A DNA stretch of 64,000 nucleotides from NCBI RefSeq assembly GCF_006345805.1, contig NC_043002.1:56234001-56298000 (forward strand), written 5' to 3'. Positions 12,754-23,300 of this stretch are shown here, in pieces (the first letter of the stretch is position 1; the number at the start of each line of letters is the position of its first letter). The notes beneath the pieces were generated by a model. The model was not told the DNA's origin, did not search any database, and saw only the letters and a program-made list of their open reading frames with translations. This DNA is from Octopus sinensis. Taxonomy: Eukaryota. A program made the translations under genes and the position numbers.

Positions 12754-13992
12754 CCTCCCTCTCTTTACACCGTCGCTAGGAGGGGACTTAACTCATGTTT
12801 GATTTGTAAACAATGGTAGGTTTTTCCGCCGTAAAAATTTAGAAGTTATGGCTCAAAATTATTTACTGCTATTTGCGGGTGCCTCGAGGAAAAATAATTT
12901 GACGAAAATACAGCTAGGTTTGTGACGAATGTCCTCCTACAATTTGAGCGACATGCATGCTAATTTGTGGATGTGCATAAACTACAATCACGTACGCACA
13001 CACACATCTTGCCTTATATATATACAGATATATATATATATATAGGGATTATAGGGATAGTATTATTGAAATACTGTCACGAGTGGCAGGTGAATTATCA
13101 GCCGTACAGGAAAATTAATAAAATAGATACATACAATATTAGATATGTATATATATACACAAGAGTACTACATGAGTAACTACATCGCTAAAAAATAGAA
13201 GTTGAAAAATATTTCTGTACCACCGAATAGTCACAAATCTATTACAGACATGAAATTTTATCCTATAATATCTGTAACGAACTTAATGTGAGTGAATATC
13301 TTGTCTTTTACTTTCGGGGTACAAGAAAGCAATCACTCACTAGCCGTTGCTTTAATAATCCAGAATCTCTGCCCGTCAGAAACAACAAGACGCAGACGTA
13401 AAATATATATATACTACTTTATTCTCTTTCTTGGTAACAATAACAATAAGTGTGTTATCTGATGTCCTTGGTTCTGGGCGCGCAAGGCTGAAAGTTAATC
13501 GATTGTAATATTTACAATATTCAGCCGCTGAAACCAGAACGGGTTCAAGATGGCTTTGAACAATGGAGACGATGTTGGTCTGCAACAATTTGGTTAAAGG
13601 CCTTTTGGTAAGGACTGCTAGAAGCAAGTTCGAACGGAGAGAAAACATGCGTGACCGCCTCCTTCAATTGCTGCTGTCCCAAGTCGCCGCTGCTGCTGCC
13701 AGCGGTCAAACGTTCTACGATCCCCCTGCCTTGGCCAGGGTCGTGCTTCCGGTGGTTCGCGCATGCGCGAGAGGGCCCTTCCTCTCTCTGCCTTGGTAAA
13801 GGCACCAACACGCGCGAAATACAAATGGACGGTGCGCGAGCGCGCTGCTATATAGCGTCACTACATATCTATACTAGATTTGTAACTGTTCAGTGGTACA
13901 GAAATATTTTTGACTTCTATTTTTTAGCGATGTAGGTGCTCATGCAGTGCCCTTGTGTATATATGTACATATGTAATATTGTTTGTATATAT

Positions 13993-14024
<32 letters not shown>

Positions 14025-15071
14025 AGCTGCCTGACAGGGCGCCTTTTAAGCTAGTATATAGCTTTTAAGCAACTGATCCTGAATGGGAAGATCTGCAAAC
14101 AGATCCCTGACTTGTTTTGGAGAATTTGTTGCAATTGCTTCCTCCAGAGTCATATCCCAATGATGATCATATTCGTCACTGAAAGTCATGTGAAAAAAAA
14201 AAATCGCCAAAACAATCACAGTAATGAAAACATAGGAATCCAAAATTCCAGGATTGCAGGTCCGGATTTGGCCTGGAATGTTTTTAATTTATTCATTTTG
14301 AAATGGTATGATATGTTGTTGGGCTACGGCCTCTAGTAGTAAAGTTGAAAAAAAGCGTGACATACTGATGTTCACATTTATTATAGGTTTAATTTTGGGG
14401 AAACTGTACTTCAATTAAAGTGTATTTTATATGTATATATGTATGTGTATATATATATATATATATCATCATCATCGTTTAGCATCCGCTTTCCATGCTA
14501 GCAAGGGTTGGACGGTTCAACTGGGGTCTGGGAAACCAGAAGGCTGCACCAGGCCCAGTCTGATCTGGCAATGTTTCTACGGCTGAGTACCCTTCCTAAT
14601 GCCAACCACTCCGTAAGTGTAGTGGGTGCTTTTACGTGCCACCGGCACAGGTGCCAGACAAGGCTGGCAAACGGCTATGATCGGGTGGTGCTTTTTACAA
14701 GCCACCTGCACAGGGGCCAGGCGAGGCTGGAAACGGCCACGATCGGATGTTGCTTTTTACATGCCACCGGCACGAGGCCAGTCGGGGCGGCACTGGCAAC
14801 GGCCACGTTCGGATGGTTTTCTTATATACCACCGGCACTGGTATCACAGCTGCGTGTGTGTGTGTGTATTAAAGAAAGCAAAAATGATAATGTTCAGTAG
14901 TTGGTTCAGTATGCTGACCACAGGTATTTCTGTCCAGGACAGTTGTACATCAACTCCCTCTTTCTCTCACATAGCCACTCTCTCTCTCTTATTATTACAC
15001 CCACTGCCACCATCAACACTACTACTTTTAATAAAACATCAACTCTCCCTAAATTTCTCTCCCTCTCTTTT

Positions 15072-15102
<31 letters not shown>

Positions 15103-18100
15103 GTCAGTCTGTCTTTGCCACCATCCTTACCGTCTCTATGCCTAGTATTACTCTCACCTCAGCACGAGGAAGTATCATTGAATAGTGAGAGAGGAGGTCA
15201 AGGTTTGACACACAGAAATGAATTTTTGCATTTCTTATATTAGAGGTTTAATTTTGGGAAAACTGTATTTCAATTAAAATGTATTTTATATACAGGGGTT
15301 GGACAAAATAATGGAAACACCTTTCAACCAAATTTATTTTAATATGGGGTAAGAACACCTTTGGCAGTAATTACAGCTTGAATTCTATGAGGTATAGACT
15401 CGTGCAAAGTTTGAATTGTTTCCTTTGCCTATTCTTCAGCTAAAACAGTCTCCTGTTCTTGCAGTGATGATGGTGGGGGATATCAACTCCTTACATGTTT
15501 TTCCAAAATGCACCATAAGTGTTCAATAATATTGAGATCTGGGGACTGTGGTGGCCAGATAAGATGTTCAACTTCACTAGAATGTTCCTTGTGCTATTCA
15601 GTAACAACTTTAGCTGTTTGAATTGGTGCATTATCATCCTGAAAGATTGTGTTTCCCTCCAGAAACAGTTCTGCAACAATAGGATGAATTTGATCAGATA
15701 AAATGCTTAAATAGTCTTGACTGTTAATTCTGCCATGAAGGGGAAACCATTGAGCTGGCGGATTTCCAAGATAAGCCCCCCCCCCCTTCCTGATCATCAC
15801 AGATCCTCCTCCGTGTTTAACAATTGGAAGAAGACAGTCTGGGTCAAATGCTTCTTTTGGCAGTCTCCACATGTATACTCGGCTGGTGGTTGGAAATAGG
15901 GTAAAGGATGACTCGTCTGAGAAAATAACATTCTTCCACTGCTCTAGGGACCAATTCTGTAGGTTTTTACTCCACTCTAAACGCTTTGCAACATTTGTTT
16001 TTGAGAGTAATGGTTTTCTGATTGCAGCCCTCCCATGAAATCTGGCTTTGTGCATCTCCTCGTTTATTTTTATCAAAAAAATTAAATGTTACAATAAAAG
16101 TATTATTATAATTATAATAAATGTATAATTATGATTAATGACACTCAAAATATCAAAAATGAGGCTAATTTAATGTGCTAATAATCTTAATGAATTAAGT
16201 ATTATAACACTATTGTGATACTTACTATATACCTACTTTTGCACTCCCTCGAGTGTGTGTGTGTGTGTATATATAAATACACACACACACACGCATGAAT
16301 TTGCATATGTACATATTTTTAACATCTTGTTTTAAAAATTCCCAAGTGAAGTAGCATCATTGCGAACCACCCCTCATCCCCTGTGCACACTTGCCAAAAT
16401 TTCCAACCACGACACTCAACTCACACATGAAAGACAAACCTATTACACAGAATACATTAGAGCTTAACAAAAGCCTCATACACCATTCTATCTACATCAA
16501 CAAAACTTTCCCTCAGTAGTAACACAAAATGGCTGTGGTTAAGAAACTTGCTTTCTAACAATGTGATCTTTGATTTAATCTCATTGTGTGGCACCTGTGA
16601 CCAGTGTCTTTTATTATAGCTCCAGACCAACCAAAGCCCAGTAAGTGGCTTTGGCTGACAGAAACTGGAAAAACCTATCACTCATATATATATACATATA
16701 CATACATACATACATATATATATATATGATATATATATATACACACGCACACACACATATATATCCTGCCAACATGAAAGGCGGATGTTAAATGATGATG
16801 ATATATTATGTATGTGTGTGTGTGTATATATTTACTGAATTACAAAAGAAACCTCATACTGTAAAAGATTATTTGTTTCACACATGATATTGAGATCATA
16901 TAGATTTTATCACATTTCTAGGTAATTTGACATCAGGAAGATGTCACTGACCTACAACACCACTCTCGTTTGAAAGCACAAGGATTGCATGTAGGGTGTG
17001 AACTTGCTCACTTTTGTTGAACCTGGTAATGTTTGCGAATGCATCTTTATGAAAACCATGATGCACGTGCAAAACTTTGACTCATTGGGTATAAAAGGCA
17101 CCCAAATTTACTAGCCTTGTCATTCATTTCTTGAATGCAGCAAGTATGCCAAGACTGACACGAAATCAGAGGGAGCAAGTCATTGGATGTGTCCATGCTG
17201 GTCAACGTTCATGGGTTATTACTAATGACTTGAGCTGTAGTATTCGGACAGTTGAGCGGATGATACAATGCTACAAACTGCATGGATGATTGTCCATGCA
17301 GTGGCTGACCGAGGGTTACAATAGCATGTCAGGATCACCACCTGCACTGACAGCACTTGCAGGACTGATTCCAGAGGTCAACAGAATCAGCTAGGCAGAC
17401 CATAGGGACTCACCATAGACCCATTTGTGCAGAGACAGTTTTTCTGTTGGCTGAGATCTTTCAATCTGTCATGTTAACTTCTGGTTAGGGGCCCCGTCCT
17501 CACAGATTGTCATCAACGGGTATGTTTGCAGTGGGCTCAAAAATGTCAGAACTGGCAATATCAGCAGTGGAAGACTGTAGACATCTCTGACGAAAGTCAA
17601 TATTACATTTCTGTGGCAATTGGCAGAGCTTGGGTTTGGAGAAGAAGGGTTGAACGTCATGCCAATGGTTGTGTGGTGGAGAGAGACTCATGAGAAGGAT
17701 AGAGCATCATGGTATGGGGTGGGATTACACTCAACCAGAAACTTGGACTGGTGGTCTTCCGAAACGTCAGCCGAGGCTGGGGCAGTGGGGTAACTGCTGC
17801 TCACTACATCAACCAAGTGTTGAGGCCTCACACTGTGTCATACTTTGCCCATCATCGGAATCACGTGTTCCAATACGACAATGCCTGTGAGGCCCAGCGT
17901 TCGAAAGGTGCTTTTTACATGCCACAGGCATGTGCCACCAGCATCAGCTACGACTATGAGTTCACTTAGCTTGACGGGTCTTCTCAAGTATGGCATTTGC
18001 TAAAGGCCTCGGTCACTGGCCATTGCCTCCATGAGGCCCAAAGTTCAAAGTTCATGATGAAATGAAGACTAATTTTCAAAAAAAAAATGTTTATTACCCT

Positions 18101-20333
18101 GAAATGTATTTAAATAGAACAAAATTCTCATTTATATAACTCCTTCCATAAATATTCTGTCATTTAATCCCTCCTTGTTTCTGTCATTCTCTCACACTAC
18201 GTGTGTGTAGTTGTTCCTTTACTCATTGCCTGTCACCAAGCCTAGTGTTTACATTCATCCTGCATCACTTGCACTAACCCTCTCTGTATCTCCACTTAAC
18301 TCTCTCTCTCTCCTCTCTCTATACACTGTAAAGTGTGAGAGGGGAAATCAGCTATTATTATTATTATTATTAATCAACATTTGGTAGTTTCAGCAGATTT
18401 CTACTGTCTCACCTGCTACACCTCCATGTTGCTGGGGTTTGTGCAGCATTGTGCATGTGTGTGTGTGTGTTTTTTGTGGTTGGGCAAGTGACAACTCCTG
18501 GTATCGTATTGCATCACTTTGTCTTGCTACAGGGTCTCATTGCAGTCTTTTGTTATATTAGCATATATATTGTGTGTTGTGTGTATAATGTGAGTTGTGT
18601 TCCTCTGTTGGGTATCTGACCTACTGATGGTTGTTTATTTTATTGGATATTTATCATATAGAGTGTGTCCTATGTTTGTGGATTTTGTTTGGGTTGTATT
18701 ATTGGATTGATAGTGTCTTGCATGGGATGTGAGCTGTTCCTAGTGGGGCCATTTGTCAGATAGTGTGTAGCATTGTTGTTGTTATTATTATTATTATATA
18801 TAGAGAGAGCATTGTAATACCACTCCCTGCTCTGTTGTGTTGTTCTTGCATCAAAACATCCTTGTTATCGACATCATTAATTCTACTGCTGTCATCATCG
18901 TCATCATCACCGCCATCATCACCATCACTGCCATCATCATCATCACCGCCATCATCACCATCACCACCATCACTGCTATCATCATCATCCCCGTCATCAT
19001 CATCATCGCTATCGCCACCATCATCGCTATCGCCACCATCATCATCACCACCATCTGTTGTTCTCACCATATTCACCCCACCACTAATTCTGCTAAACTT
19101 CTCCCACAAAATAGTCTGCAGTGTCTCTATTGTGAAAAGACATTCCGTGATCGCCCAACCCTGAAGGAACACATGCGGAAGAAGCAACACAAAAGGATCA
19201 AATCCAACAACACACTCTACGACAAATATTACATCATCAATTACTTGGTAAGTGTCACCTCTGTCTTCCTTTCTTCCAAGAGAAACCTGTCAGGTGTAGG
19301 TCTCTTGTAAGCATCTGTGATATATGATGAGGACAGGCATGGCCGTGTGGTTAAGAAGGTCCCTTCCCAACCATGTGGTCTTGAGTTCAGTCCCACTATA
19401 GCTCTGGGTCAGCTAATGTCTGTGCTGGTTCAGCATATGAAGTACCAATTGGTGGGTGTTCAGAAGAGCATCTAACCATAGAAACTATACCAAAACACAA
19501 TTCGAACCCAAGACAGCTCTCTGGTTTGCCAGCTCCTGTCAAATTGTCCAACCCCTGTCAGCCCATGGAGAACATGTCAAATAATGATGATGATGAGAAA
19601 CTGTGTGGAAGCCCATCACATATGATGAGGTTTGTTTCAGTTTCCATCTACCAAATCCACAAACAAGGCTTTGGTTGGCCCAGGGCTGTAATAGAAGATG
19701 CTTACCTAACATGCTCTGCAGTGGGGCTCAACCTAGTACCATAGTCACTTCCCAGGCCAATAGCAGTGCTACCTGACTGACACCCGTGCTGGTGGCACGT
19801 AAAAAGCACCCACTACACTCTCGGAGTGGTTGGTATTAGAAAGGGCATCAAGCTGTAGAAACTCTGCCAGATCAGATTGGAGCCTGGTGCAGCCATCTGG
19901 TTCGCCAGTCTTTAGTCAAACCATCCAACCCATGCCAGCAATGGAAGTGGATATTAAACAATGATGATATATATAGGGAGAGTTTATGAAAAAAACAAAA
20001 GACGAAGACAGCTGGTGTACAAAACAAACAGATGTATTAGTATAATGCTCAGGAATAGAAAAAGTCTTTTACAATTCGAGCCTACGCTCTTCTCCAGAAA
20101 AGGACATAGGAAAAACAAGGAGAGAAAAAAATGTGTAGTGGCTTATGATTTATCATGGCGATATATATATATATGGTGTCTGATGTGGCTTTTTAAACCA
20201 GATAATGTATTGAAAAGGCACATCGATTGCATATTTGATTTGGACCACCAAGAGCTGCAGTTAAGCTCTGATCTTTGTGGACTTTAAAACATCTTTTGAA
20301 GCCTCTGTTAGATTTGCAGACCTTATGGTGCAC

Positions 20334-20364
<31 letters not shown>

Positions 20365-23300
20365 GGTGGCTTCTTTCAGTTTTCGCCTACCAAATCCACT
20401 CACATGGCTTTGGTTGGCCTGGGGCTATAGTAAAAAAACACTTGCCTAAGGTGGCATGCAGTGGAACTGAATTAGGAACTCTGTAGTTGAAAAACAAGCT
20501 TCTCAATCTCATAGCTATGTCTGTACCTATACATATATATGTGTGTGTATCTGTGTCACCCTAATTGTTTGACAATCAATGCTGGTTTGTCTACATCCCC
20601 ATAACGTAACAGTTTGGTAAAATGTGGCTGGTAGCAAAAGTACGGAACTTCAAAGCAGCACCACAGTCAATTTGTTATTGTAAACCCTTCAAGGTGCTGA
20701 TCCAGCATGGCCACAGTCCACTGATTAAACCAAGTAAAAAGAATAAGGCAGTGATTTTGTGTTTCATGATAGGCTTCACTTTTAGTTATTCATAGTGTCT
20801 TTGACAACATTGCCTGACCATGTAGCATCATATCAGTTGAAATCCACTTCCTGTACAGGGCTCACCTCTGTTCGCCAGAGTAAGTTCTTCCTGTCAGTCA
20901 TTAAACTACTTTCAGTTGTTACACCTCCTCCAAGAATTACATCACTGGAAAGCCACCATATTTTTTGTTAATAGAATATAAGTGCAAGCGGTTCTGGGTT
21001 TAGTCCCACTGCATGACACCTTGGTCAAGTGTCTTCTACTATAGCCTTCAGGCTAACCAAAGCCTTGTGAGAGGATTTGAAAGAAGCCCCTTGTCTTGAC
21101 TTCATGTGGTCATTGCAAATAAGTGTCACCAGCATCCAATTGATGTCTTTGTTTACAATCGTTCAGGAAAACATGTCCGGCCATGAGGCCATATTGACTC
21201 GCTGGGAAACAGGTGAGGGTTGGTGACGGGAAGGGTATCCACCTCAACAAATTCCATTTGACCCTTGCAAGCATGGGAAAGAAGGTATTAAAAAGATGAT
21301 GATGAAGATAGTTATGTTCCTAACAGTGCAAACAGTAACTATGAGGAATCCTTATAAATCCTGCTTAAACTATGTTCTCAACATCATCATTTAACATCCA
21401 TTTTCCATGCTGGTATGGGTTGGACTCTTAGGAGCTGGCAAGCCAGAGAGCTGCACCAGGTTCCACTGTCCGTTGTGGCCTGCTTTCTACAGCTGAGATG
21501 CCTTTCTTAATGCCAACCACTTTACAGTGTCCACTGAATGCATTTTACATGACACCAGCAACGTTCCAATTTGTTGTATTCTTTGCTCTTTAATGAAACG
21601 AACTTTTTTATATCTTTGTATAGGAAATTGGTAAGAACTGGGAAAATTTTGAATCCAGCGAGGAATTCTCTACAGACTTTGACTGTGAAGAGTAAGTAAC
21701 TGTTTTAGAATTTTTATGCATTTATTGCAGAAATGGATGACATTAGCTTCCCAGACCCTGGTCAAACCGTCCAACCCATGCTAGCATGGAAAATGGACAT
21801 TAAACGATGATGAGGATGATGATGATGATTTTAGCTCCATGAAAGTTGCTAGCTACCAGCAGTGTTCTTGTTGTCCGTTCTCTACCAACAAATTGTCCAC
21901 TCACTTCATGACTTCAAAGACAGGTGCAATGAGAGATTCTTTGCTTGGGAAACTTGTCACGGTTAACAACAGCAAGAGCATCTGGCTGCAAAGCAATTCC
22001 TCAATACTATATTTTCATCTAACCCATGCTAGTATAAAAAAAAGAGATGTAAAAAGAATGAATAAATGAACTACATTCCTTTTATCTTGCTTTTCTTCTT
22101 TCTGTTGTCAATGGTTACAAATCTAAACATCATTCATCATCATCATTTAGTGTCCGTTGCCCATACTGGTATGGGTTGGACGGTTTGACCAAGGCTGGAA
22201 GGCTGCACCAGACCCCAGTCTCATTTGGTATGGTTTCTATAACTGGGTGCCCTTCTTGATGCCAACCACTCTGAGAGTGTAATTGGTGTTTTTATGTGCC
22301 ATTTGTGTGACACTGGTATCAGCCACGACTGCAATTTTGCTTGGCTAGATGGGTCTTCTCAAGCAGGACATAATGCCAAGGTCTTGGTCATTGCCTCCGT
22401 GAGGCCCTACACTCAAAAGGAGCTTTTCACTCTTCGTTGTTATTTCTTTTTGTTAGTTTAGGAAGGACAAACCCAGATGCTCTAGCATGGCACCACTCCA
22501 ATGACCAAAGCAAGCAGAAAATAAAAGATGTATTCTTTTCACATCCTCTTTTACTCTTTTACTTGTTTCAGTTATTTGGCTGTGGCCATGCTGGAGCACC
22601 ACCTTTAGTTGAATAAATCGACCCCCAGGACTTATTTTTTTTAAGCCTAGTACTTATTCTATCAGTCTCTTTTTGCCGAACCGCTAAGTGATGGGTACAT
22701 AAACACACCATCATCAATTGTCAAGCAATGGTGGGGGAACAGACACAAACAACAAACACATACATACATACATACATATATATACACGCACACACACAAT
22801 AGGCTTCTTTCAGTTTCCGTCTATCAAATCCACTCACAAGGCTTTGGTCGGCCCGAGGCTATAGTGGAAGACACTTGCCCAAGGTGCCACATAGTGGGAC
22901 TGAACCCGGAACCATGCGGTTGAGAAGCGAGCTTCTTACCACACAGCCACTCCTTGTTCACGATTTCATTTGATGCCTATAAAAGCAAAAAAGAAAAACA
23001 AACCAACAAAAACTTACTTGGACAACAAGGGAGAATTCCTGGATGAAGTTAGTTTCAGACAAGGGGAAAGAGAAATAAAAAAGAAAATAGTAACTGGGTG
23101 AAAAAAAAACTTTATTTACATTATTTACATTTGATGAATATTTGTCCTCGTCTTGTTTGTTGTTAACACAATCTTTTGCCTGATATACCCGCCAGCCTTC
23201 ATCAGAGCATATGGCATAGTGGTTAAGAGCACAGGCTACTAACCCCAAGATTCAGAGTTTGATTCCAGGTATTGACCTGAATAATAATCATAATGATAAT

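Noticed and set aside
13545-13811. ORFs in the GC-rich patch as a nested gene
   Set aside because: They lie within a TG..CA element with a 4-bp TSD (solo LTR), resemble no known protein and have no splice structure.
14046-14243. 65-aa ORF with a hydrophobic N-terminus as a secreted peptide gene
   Set aside because: The apparent signal peptide comes from an A-run on the + strand, and the core matches a Helitron RepHel fragment.
18756-19310. Asp/Gly-, Ser- and Ile/Thr-rich ORFs as coding sequence
   Set aside because: These are trinucleotide-repeat artefacts; only 19115-19247 is a supported exon.
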